DNA of 56,832 nucleotides, from IMG/VR virus record IMGVR_UViG_3300008259_004318, positions 1-56,832 of that record; one strand, 5' to 3'. A program made the translations under genes and the position numbers. The notes beneath the pieces are model-generated. The model made no database searches and was not told where the DNA came from. It saw nothing but the letters and a program-made list of their open reading frames with translations. Positions within the stretch are counted from its first letter, which is position 1; every line of letters begins with the position of its first letter. This document shows, piece by piece, positions 36,593-44,831 of this stretch. The stretch is from a virus. Taxonomy: Duplodnaviria > Caudoviricetes.

Positions 36593-38122
36593 ATGAAAAA
36601 TATTTTATTAAGTCTTAATGATGGTGAAAAGAAACGAATACTTGAAATGCATTATAACGCGGCAGGTAAAACATTAATATCTAATTATAATGAAAAAAGT
36701 GGTAGATTTAGTATAAATGAAGATAATTTGAATTTACCTGAAGTAAGATTGAATTTTCCTGCTGGAGAATATAGACCAACAGAAGCAATTAAAGTAAAAT
36801 TAAAGGGAGATTTGGCATCTTTAGTTAATTTTATAAAAAATCCCGACCCTGGTTTTAAAAATCATTACATTCAAATTAATGTTGAAGCAAGTGCTGACGC
36901 ATCTAGACTTAGCCAAAGCGCATTACAATTATGTACTGATTTAGGTATAACATCAAGTATGTCGGCTCAAGAACAAAACGAAGTACTATCAAGGGCCAGA
37001 ATGCAAACTGCTGTTGATTTAATAAAGAAAATTTTAACAGAAGATTTGGGTATCACCCAAGACGAGTTAGATAAGTCAGTGATAATTAATGGAACAAATA
37101 AGGTTAGTACCTCTCAAAACAATCCAAATGATAGATATGTAAAGGCCACTTTTTCTAAAGGAAAAGAAAAAGAAGATGATGTACCACCACCAATTACAGG
37201 AGATACGCCACCTGTAATATTAAAATGTAATTTACCTAGTACAAAGTACGAAGGTTATGAAAATAGAAAAACTCCTTATGTGGGGTATCAATCAACATTC
37301 TCAACACCAATAGGGGTTGGAGATAAAATGACCGTATATTTTGATCCGTGGGATTATCCAGATGCTTTTTATATTAAAGTAGGTGATGGAGGTGAAGGAA
37401 GAGAAGGATTTAGTGGGTTTATTGGTAAAACTTCAATAAATAAACCAGGACAATCAAACTATAGAAATTTTGTAAGAGAACTAGCAAATTTAAAAACTAA
37501 AGGAATTAAAACAGATATTGATAACTTTATTAAATCTGTTGGTGGGACATTAACAACTAAAGATGAAGATTATGTGCCGACTGGTAATTTACCTGAACTT
37601 AAAAAGAACATTAAAGATACTGCGATTTCTTTTTTAAAGAATGAAAAATGGGCACCATTTTTAACTGCGATGGTTGGAATTAATGATAAAACAAAATGGG
37701 ATAAAACATCGTTACCTGGTTTTTACGTCGATATGAATTATTTTGAAAAAAGTAACTGGAAAGTAATTAGAAAACTAATTAGAAATGGGGGATTTGGAAT
37801 ACCAAAAGAATGGGATAAAAAGAAAAAAAATGCTTTCTTAAATACGATAAAAAATAGGGAAACAGGGTTGGATGGTGTAAAATTAGAACAAATGAAAATT
37901 ACTCCAGATGTGTTAGTTGAATTGGTTAAATCTGGTACAATATATTCGTTAGTTTTACTTAGATCAAAATTTGATATAGTTGAAACAGGGAAAAGAAATG
38001 CGGAATTAAAGTGGCAATTTACTTTTGATAAACAAACAGAAAACGAAACTATAAAACTTTATGTCTTCTCCCCATTGAAAGGTACTGTATTTTATATGTC
38101 CACAAAATGTGAAGTATCATAA
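36593..38122 (+). CDS. hypothetical protein with an OmpA-like-looking N-terminal domain
   Basis: Start moved to ATG 36593 after TATTTAT 36569-36575; LNFPAGEY...IQINVEASAD...NEVLSRARMQTAVDLI...RYVKATF. Confidence 0.6.
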   Translation: MKNILLSLNDGEKKRILEMHYNAAGKTLISNYNEKSGRFSINEDNLNLPEVRLNFPAGEYRPTEAIKVKLKGDLASLVNFIKNPDPGFKNHYIQINVEASADASRLSQSALQLCTDLGITSSMSAQEQNEVLSRARMQTAVDLIKKILTEDLGITQDELDKSVIINGTNKVSTSQNNPNDRYVKATFSKGKEKEDDVPPPITGDTPPVILKCNLPSTKYEGYENRKTPYVGYQSTFSTPIGVGDKMTVYFDPWDYPDAFYIKVGDGGEGREGFSGFIGKTSINKPGQSNYRNFVRELANLKTKGIKTDIDNFIKSVGGTLTTKDEDYVPTGNLPELKKNIKDTAISFLKNEKWAPFLTAMVGINDKTKWDKTSLPGFYVDMNYFEKSNWKVIRKLIRNGGFGIPKEWDKKKKNAFLNTIKNRETGLDGVKLEQMKITPDVLVELVKSGTIYSLVLLRSKFDIVETGKRNAELKWQFTFDKQTENETIKLYVFSPLKGTVFYMSTKCEVS

Positions 38123-38124
38123 AA

Positions 38125-38649
38125 CTAATTGTTTGATAAAACACATTTTTCTAATTCAGGAACGTTTTTAATTGATGTTATAATAACATCATACGTTAAA
38201 TAACTTTTTTGATAGTCACTTGTTTTATTCGTTACACAAATACCCAATATAATTGGCTTTGAGTATTTATTGTTGTCGAAACTAAACCATTTAACGTGTG
38301 TATAATTGTATTTTGAAATTAAAATTTTAAAAACTGAATCCACAAGATTAATAACGTTTTTTTCTGATTTACTAATATTTAATGTAAATTTTTGATAATC
38401 GTATGATGCCCATTCATTACTATACCCCGTTTCAAAAATAATTTTGTCTTTATCGATTTTATCATACAATTTATAAAATATTGAACTAATAAAATTAGAC
38501 TCGTAAGTAGTGTCTATTTTGCCTAAGTTTTTATCTAAACGAATTTGATTTATTGAACTTAATATTGATTCTTTAATCAAATACTCATTTGATTGTGAAA
38601 AAACAAAATTTAAAAATAAACAAGAAATTAAGGTTAATAACGTTTTCAT
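38125..38649 (-). CDS. secreted hypothetical protein
   Basis: Signal peptide ...NFVFS|Q; TAAGTTTG promoter element at 38676-38683. Confidence 0.65.
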   Translation of the reverse strand: MKTLLTLISCLFLNFVFSQSNEYLIKESILSSINQIRLDKNLGKIDTTYESNFISSIFYKLYDKIDKDKIIFETGYSNEWASYDYQKFTLNISKSEKNVINLVDSVFKILISKYNYTHVKWFSFDNNKYSKPIILGICVTNKTSDYQKSYLTYDVIITSIKNVPELEKCVLSNN

Positions 38650-38699
38650 AATAGTGTATTTAATTATTTATAATACAAACTTACGAAAACTTTTAGAAT

Positions 38700-40745
38700 C
38701 TACAAAATGTTTTTTCTTTTTTTTGTAGGTTTTTTTATTTTAACCTCTGTTTTTTTATCTTTTTCGTTATAAGATAATGTAAATTTAGATCCTTTTTCTG
38801 GGCTGTCAGATATTATTTTATCAGTTACCGCATCATCAACCCACTTTTGAATTGTTCTTTTTAGTATTCTCGCACCAAACCTTGTGTCTGTACCCACAGA
38901 AATAATGTGTTTTTTCAAACTTTCTTCCACTTCTAATTCAAATTCAATTGATTTTATCCTTTCATAAACTTTTTCAAGTTCCAAGTCAACAATTTTCATT
39001 AGATCGGATTCATCTAAATCTTTAAAGTATATAATCTCATCGAATCTATTAATAAACTCAGGCGCAAATTTTTTAAATAACTCTTTTTCTAAAACAGATT
39101 TTACTTCTTCTTCCTTTTTTTCAATTTTTGAATTTGTAGAAAACCCAACACCCGTACCAAAATCTTGAACTATTTTTGTACCAACATTAGAGGTCATTAA
39201 AATTATACAGTTTTTGAAATTAATTTTTCTTCCGTGTCCGTCAGTTAAAAGCCCTTCATCTAAAATCTGTAAAAAGACGTTAAAAATTTCAGGGTGAGCC
39301 TTTTCAATTTCATCTAATAAAATAACAGAATAAGGTTTATTTTTAATTTTATTTAAAAATGGTGAACCGTCTTCATAACCAACATATCCAGGTGATGTTC
39401 CTGTTAATTTTGATGTTGCGATCTTATCTGAAAATTCACTCATATCTAACCTAATAAGTGCGTCCTCACTATTAAACATATGTTTTGCTAATTGTTTTGC
39501 TAATTCAGTTTTACCGACACCTGAATTACCAATTAATAATCCACTAAATATTGGTTTTTTAGGGTCGTTTAATCCGACCTTATTTCTTTGTATTGCTTTT
39601 GTTATTTTTGCAACTGCGTCACCTTGACCAATAACTTTTGTTGATAAAGTGTCTTTTAATGTTTTAAGTATTTCTGTTTCATCAGTTGAGATTTTAGATA
39701 TCGGAATTTTTGTTATTAATGATGCAACATCATAAACAACATCTTCAGTGACTTCTCTTTTAAATAAATTTCTATTCTTCTCAAACTCAGACTTTTCTCT
39801 TTCTAAGTCATTTAAAATTTTTCTTTCTTTATCTCTAAGATTTGCTGCCTCCTCATACCTTTGGCTATTAATAACTTTTACTTTTTCTTCTTTAATCTCT
39901 TGTGCCTGTCTTTTTAGATCTTCAATAATTTCAGGTAATTTAATCTCAACTTGTGATCTTGCACCAACCTCATCAATAATATCAAATGCCTTATCGGGAA
40001 ACTCTCTATCTGTAATATATCTATCAGCCAATTCAACACATAGTTTTAATATATCATCACTATATTTTACTTTATGGTGGTTTTCATATCTATCTTTTAC
40101 GTTTTTAAGTATTTGTAATGTTTCTTCTTTTGTTGATGGATCAACCATTACTTTTTGGAATCTTCTTTCTAATGCTCCGTCCTTCTCAATGTTTTTTCTA
40201 TATTCTTCTAACGTTGTTGCTCCGATACATTGTAATTCACCTCTTGATAGTGCTGGTTTAAATATATTTGACGCATCCATTGATCCTGATGAATTTCCAG
40301 CACCAATCATTGTATGGATTTCATCAATAAAAACAATAATATCTGGATTGTTATATAATTCTTCCATAATAACTTTCATTCTTTCTTCAAACTGACCCCT
40401 ATATTTTGTTCCCGCAACAATTGATGTCATATCTAAAGAAACAATTCTCTTACCTGATAAATTTTGTGGACAATCACCCTCAAATATTTTTTTAGCTAAA
40501 CCTTCAACAATCGCGGTTTTACCACAACCAGGTTCTCCTAATATTATTGGGTTGTTCTTTTTTCTTCTTGATAGAATTTGTGCAATTCTATTAATTTCAT
40601 TTTCTCTACCGACAACAGGATCTAATTTTCCTTCTTCTGCTAGTTTTATAAGGTCTCTTGAAAAGTTATCTAAAACAGGTGTTTTTGATTTTAATTCAGT
40701 ATTTTTATTTTTAGATTTTTCTGATTCGTCAAATGATTCAATCAT
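38700..40745 (-). CDS. clpC: ClpC/ClpA-type AAA+ protease ATPase lacking the Clp N-terminal repeats
   Basis: GEPGCGKT and GNSGVGKT Walker A; IVFIDEIH and ILLDEIEKAH Walker B; central UVR YEEAANLRDKE; GVGF ClpP-docking loop. Confidence 0.92.
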   Translation of the reverse strand: MIESFDESEKSKNKNTELKSKTPVLDNFSRDLIKLAEEGKLDPVVGRENEINRIAQILSRRKKNNPIILGEPGCGKTAIVEGLAKKIFEGDCPQNLSGKRIVSLDMTSIVAGTKYRGQFEERMKVIMEELYNNPDIIVFIDEIHTMIGAGNSSGSMDASNIFKPALSRGELQCIGATTLEEYRKNIEKDGALERRFQKVMVDPSTKEETLQILKNVKDRYENHHKVKYSDDILKLCVELADRYITDREFPDKAFDIIDEVGARSQVEIKLPEIIEDLKRQAQEIKEEKVKVINSQRYEEAANLRDKERKILNDLEREKSEFEKNRNLFKREVTEDVVYDVASLITKIPISKISTDETEILKTLKDTLSTKVIGQGDAVAKITKAIQRNKVGLNDPKKPIFSGLLIGNSGVGKTELAKQLAKHMFNSEDALIRLDMSEFSDKIATSKLTGTSPGYVGYEDGSPFLNKIKNKPYSVILLDEIEKAHPEIFNVFLQILDEGLLTDGHGRKINFKNCIILMTSNVGTKIVQDFGTGVGFSTNSKIEKKEEEVKSVLEKELFKKFAPEFINRFDEIIYFKDLDESDLMKIVDLELEKVYERIKSIEFELEVEESLKKHIISVGTDTRFGARILKRTIQKWVDDAVTDKIISDSPEKGSKFTLSYNEKDKKTEVKIKKPTKKRKNIL

Positions 40746-40818
40746 AATACTTTTTTTATTTTTTTATTTGTTCAAAAGTTAAATGAAACTAAACTAATAA
40801 TCAATATTTTTTTATTAT

Positions 40819-40880
40819 TGTCATATAGTCAGTATGGTACTGACATTTTGTCATGTTTTTATGTTTGGCATTTTATTAGT
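40819..40880. promoter_or_regulatory. TGACA/TGTCA inverted repeats plus a sigma54-like TGGCA element
   Basis: GTCAGTA-TGG-TACTGAC (40828-40844), TGACA-TTT-TGTCA (40841-40853), TTGGCA (40865-40870), in the divergent intergenic region. Confidence 0.45.
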
Positions 40881-40921
40881 GTAAAATAATACCAAAATAA
40901 ACTTATAAAAAAAATAAAATT

Positions 40922-41287
40922 ATGTTTAGTAAAAATTTTGAAAAATTATTTAATGAACTATGGTCATCAGATCCATTTTTAAATGGTGATAATTGGGAAA
41001 GAAAAAACTATAAGTCTGAAGATGGTTCTATTTCATTTACCTACATAACAAATAAACGTGGGGGACTGAATAAACAAGATGAAATATCTTTACTGAAACA
41101 AAAATTAGATATTTCCGTTGATGAACAAAATTTTGAGGAAGCAGTAGAACTGAGAGACAAAATTAAAAATTTAGAAAAAAATAAAGAAGAAATTACAAAA
41201 CTTAATAAAGAACTAAATGAATGTGTAAAAAAACAAGATTTTGAAAATGCAATAATAATTAGAGACAAAATTAAAAATTTAAAATAA
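40922..41287 (+). CDS. double UVR (UvrB/UvrC motif) coiled-coil protein
   Basis: EQNFEEAVELRDKIKNL and KQDFENAIIIRDKIKNL. Confidence 0.8.
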   Translation: MFSKNFEKLFNELWSSDPFLNGDNWERKNYKSEDGSISFTYITNKRGGLNKQDEISLLKQKLDISVDEQNFEEAVELRDKIKNLEKNKEEITKLNKELNECVKKQDFENAIIIRDKIKNLK

Positions 41288-41307
41288 TTCGTTCTTTTTG
41301 AGTTTTG

Positions 41308-41336
41308 AATCCACCCAAAAGGTGGATTTTTTTTTT
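41308..41336 (+). terminator. intrinsic terminator
   Basis: AATCCACC-CAAAA-GGTGGATT followed by a T-run. Confidence 0.85.
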
Positions 41337-41364
41337 AATTAATATATTTTATAAATAAAAGATT

Positions 41365-41613
41365 ATGGCAATTAAAAAAACCGACATCATTGGAACAAAA
41401 ATTATTTGCGAGGTAGAATCAAGTAATTTGAAAAAAACTGAATATGATTTAGATACAAAAAAACTAGTTGTTGAATTTAAAAATGGTATGTCGTATGAAT
41501 ATGAGGAAGTACCTCATAACATATTTACACAATTTAGGTTATCTGATTCACAAGGAAAATTCTTCAATACACAAATATCAAAAACGTATAAATACAAAAA
41601 ATTAAATAATTAA
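41365..41613 (+). CDS. KTSC domain protein
   Basis: VESSNL...YD...LVVEFKNG..YEY..VP.......SDSQGKFFN..I. Confidence 0.88.
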   Translation: MAIKKTDIIGTKIICEVESSNLKKTEYDLDTKKLVVEFKNGMSYEYEEVPHNIFTQFRLSDSQGKFFNTQISKTYKYKKLNN

Positions 41614-41635
41614 ATTTTTTGCCATATTTATTGTT

Positions 41636-42394
41636 ATGGCGATTAGTAAAAAAATTATAAATAGTTTTTATTTACAGGACGAATTGAATCCTGATGTTTG
41701 GGACTTACCAGATGAGAGATATATGGGTGATGAGGACGCCCAAAATTATAAATTAAAACCATTAATCAGAGAGCGACTATTAAAAGTTGCTGAAATTTTC
41801 ATAGATTATTTAGACACCGATTTATTTATTCAAGATGTTATTTTTGTTGGTTCTTTAGTTGGATATAATTGGAGTGAGTTTTCTGATTTTGATTTACACA
41901 TTTTAATTGACTTAGACGAAGCGGGTGAAGATAAAGAAATGTACGAAGAATTATTTAGACTAAAAAAATCAATATTCAACGCAGCACACGATATTTCTAT
42001 TAGAGGTTTTGAAACGGAACTTTATGTTCAAGATTTAAATGAAAAAAATGAAAGTCAAGGTGTTTACTCTATTTTAAACGACAAATGGTTAAAGACACCT
42101 AAAAAAGAAGATTTTAAAATAGATGAAAAAAAATTAAAAGAAAAAATTAAACAATGGACTGATATTATTGATGGGGTTTTAGAAAATGCTGAAGATGAAG
42201 ATATTGAGGGAGCACTAAAACTGGTGAAGAAATATAGGGAAAAACTTAGAAAGTATAGAACCTGTGGGTTAAAAAGAGAAGGAGAGTATTCTTATGAAAA
42301 TTTGGTTTTTAAATATCTAAGAAGAAACGGTTATATTGGAAAACTTGAAAACTTTAAAAATAAATTTGTAGATAAAAAATTATCTTTAAAGTAA
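41636..42394 (+). CDS. Pol-beta superfamily nucleotidyltransferase
   Basis: VGSLVGYNWSEFSDFDLHI (GS...DxD) and a third acidic residue in ELYVQD. Confidence 0.78.
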   Translation: MAISKKIINSFYLQDELNPDVWDLPDERYMGDEDAQNYKLKPLIRERLLKVAEIFIDYLDTDLFIQDVIFVGSLVGYNWSEFSDFDLHILIDLDEAGEDKEMYEELFRLKKSIFNAAHDISIRGFETELYVQDLNEKNESQGVYSILNDKWLKTPKKEDFKIDEKKLKEKIKQWTDIIDGVLENAEDEDIEGALKLVKKYREKLRKYRTCGLKREGEYSYENLVFKYLRRNGYIGKLENFKNKFVDKKLSLK

Positions 42395-42503
42395 TAAAAT
42401 ATAAAGAATAATATAAAATACAAATTAACCGTATATTTATATAAAAAAATATTTTATCACATAATTTGTGTAAATAATATATTAAATAACAAAAAAAAAT
42501 AAT

Positions 42504-43886
42504 ATGGCAGATTTAAGACCACTTGGTAGCGAGAAATTACAAGGAATGGATAAAATTAGAAGGATTTTAGAAATCGCTCAATACAAAGAAACACCAAAAC
42601 AAAATATAAATGAAACCTCATCTACTGATTACACAATCACGTTAGCCGATGGTTATACATATGGTATTGTTAAAGAAAGATCGGGTTACATAATTAAAAA
42701 AGGGTTGAATGAAACTGCTTTGGGTTATTCAGAACCAATACCACAAAGAAAATATTTCAGATCTTATTCTGAAGCGATGAAAAAACTTAATTTGACCGCA
42801 GCTGAACTTAATAGAATTTATGAAAATGAGGAAGGTATTGCGTTAATTGGCGAACAAGCCGGTCAAAAAAAAAAGTTCGTACTAAAAGTACCTAAAAAAG
42901 GTGGAAACAAAACACCTGATGTTGGGGGATCTGCTCCTGAGGCGTCACCACCAGCACCCGCAGCACCAACAACCCCTCCACCTACAACACCTATGGGAGG
43001 CGAAGAAGGTCCGGTAGGTGAACCTACATCTGATACTGGCGGATTACCTGAATTAAGTACAGAACCAACCGCAACACCCGAAAGCGGAGCACCAACAGGA
43101 GAACCAGGTGGTGATATGGGAACGACACCTGAATTAAGCACAGAACCGATGGGAGAACCGGGTGGTGATATGGGAACAACACCTGAAGGTGGTGAAGAAC
43201 CAATGGGAGAACCGATGGGAGAACCTGAAGGTGGTGACGATTTAGATTTAGAAGGTGGAGCAAGACCCCCAAGTTTTAAATCTATTCAAAGATTAACAGG
43301 TAAATTAAGTCAAAGACTAAGAACTATAGAAAAAGAAAAAAGTTTAGAATCTGACGACATTAAATACGTTATAAATTCAATTATATCGGCATTAAATTTA
43401 GATAATTTAGAAGAAGATGATAGAGATGATATTCTTTCTAAATTTGATGAAGATGAATCAGAATACGGTGCGGAAGGTGAAGGAGATCTTGATATGTCTT
43501 CAGAAGATGATTTTGATATGGGTGGATCGGGAGATATGGGGGGACCTGAAGATACAGGAGGTCCTGTTGAGGAACCAATGGAGATGTACAATAGATTTAA
43601 CGAATCTGTTGTTGAAAAAGTTTTAGGAGGATATTTCAAGTATAAACCTAATGAAAAGAAAATATTAGAAGAAAAAAGAAAAAAGGAATTCTTAAAAAAT
43701 CAATTAAAAAATGCTGAAATAAAAAAAGAGATAAGAAAAATGTCGGAAAGTATTGAACAGATGAACGCATCTTTTAAACTTTTAAATGAAAATGCTAAGT
43801 TTGTTGGAAAAACAAATAAAGAAAATTTAATTTTTACTAAAAACGGAAAACAAATTAAAGTAACTCAAAGAGGAAGAATTATATGA
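42504..43886 (+). CDS. hypothetical head-module protein with a Pro/Gly/Glu-rich disordered centre
   Basis: 460 aa; EPGGDMGTTPE repeats; TATTTAT 42434-42440; upstream of terminase. Confidence 0.7.
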   Translation: MADLRPLGSEKLQGMDKIRRILEIAQYKETPKQNINETSSTDYTITLADGYTYGIVKERSGYIIKKGLNETALGYSEPIPQRKYFRSYSEAMKKLNLTAAELNRIYENEEGIALIGEQAGQKKKFVLKVPKKGGNKTPDVGGSAPEASPPAPAAPTTPPPTTPMGGEEGPVGEPTSDTGGLPELSTEPTATPESGAPTGEPGGDMGTTPELSTEPMGEPGGDMGTTPEGGEEPMGEPMGEPEGGDDLDLEGGARPPSFKSIQRLTGKLSQRLRTIEKEKSLESDDIKYVINSIISALNLDNLEEDDRDDILSKFDEDESEYGAEGEGDLDMSSEDDFDMGGSGDMGGPEDTGGPVEEPMEMYNRFNESVVEKVLGGYFKYKPNEKKILEEKRKKEFLKNQLKNAEIKKEIRKMSESIEQMNASFKLLNENAKFVGKTNKENLIFTKNGKQIKVTQRGRII

Positions 43887-44296
43887 AATTAGTATACATC
43901 AACGAATTGGGTCCAAATTATAAAGGAGACAATATATACGAATTTATTTTTTCAGATATGGATGATGTTTGGGGTGAGGATTGGGACGCCGAACCTGCCG
44001 CTGGAAAACCACTTCCACCTAATATTGATTACATAGAAAAAGTTGGTGTTTTAAAAAATTCTGAAATAGAATTAATTTTGATTCAAAATTCAGATTATTT
44101 TGGTGTTTACGATGCTATAGATGGTGTCATTTCTTTGGGTTGGGAAAATGCGAATAGTGATGATATATTAGTACATAAGAGAAAAAGATTAGTTTTTAAT
44201 TATGGTGAAAGTGTAAAATCAATAGAAGATAAATTATATGAACGAGACATCGTATTAAATTGGGAAAAAAGTTTTGTTAAAAATGAATCACATTAA
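43883..44296 (+). CDS. hypothetical protein
   Basis: 137 aa, ATGA-coupled within the head operon. Confidence 0.7.
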   Translation: MKLVYINELGPNYKGDNIYEFIFSDMDDVWGEDWDAEPAAGKPLPPNIDYIEKVGVLKNSEIELILIQNSDYFGVYDAIDGVISLGWENANSDDILVHKRKRLVFNYGESVKSIEDKLYERDIVLNWEKSFVKNESH

Positions 44297-44828
44297 TTAT
44301 AAAATAGGAGTGTTATTACACGAAGGGTTTTCTATGAAAACTTTAGAGAATTTCAATAATAAACAAATTGATTTATTATATGAAAAAGTAAAAAAAGAAA
44401 AGTCTAAAGAAGTTGATGAGCAGCTAGATATGGTTGTAAAAAAAGAAGACTTAACAAAACCTGAAACGGTTGATGCAATGAAGAAAGTCACCCCCGGTAC
44501 AAAAGTAACTATCGAAACTGAAGTTACCGAAAAGTCTGTATCAAGAAAACAACAAAAAGCCATGGGAATCGCATTAGCGGCAAAAAAAGGAGATATACCT
44601 AAAAGTGAACTGAAAGGATCATCTAAAGAAATGGTTAAAATGTCAAAAAGTGATTTAGAAGATTTTGCATCAACAAAACATAAAGGATTACCGGAGAAAA
44701 AAACAAAAAGTAAAAAATCTGAAGTTAAAAAACTTGAAGAGAATATTTTAAAAATAGTGGAAAATCATTTACCTCCACACACAACAAAGGCGGAACTACT
44801 TAAAGTTATTAAAGGATACAAAAGATAA
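44283..44828 (+). CDS. DUF3008-like domain protein
   Basis: SRKQQKAMGIALAAKKG...ELKGSSKEM...DLEDFASTKHKGLPEK; start moved to ATG 44283. Confidence 0.65.
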   Translation: MNHINYKIGVLLHEGFSMKTLENFNNKQIDLLYEKVKKEKSKEVDEQLDMVVKKEDLTKPETVDAMKKVTPGTKVTIETEVTEKSVSRKQQKAMGIALAAKKGDIPKSELKGSSKEMVKMSKSDLEDFASTKHKGLPEKKTKSKKSEVKKLEENILKIVENHLPPHTTKAELLKVIKGYKR

Positions 44829-44831
44829 TGA

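Noticed and set aside
39748-40782. Plus-strand ORFs inside clpC, and similar short antisense ORFs elsewhere (e.g. 2408-2716, 8581-9201, 30035-30433)
   Set aside because: Antisense to well-supported genes, with shadow-type composition and no motifs.
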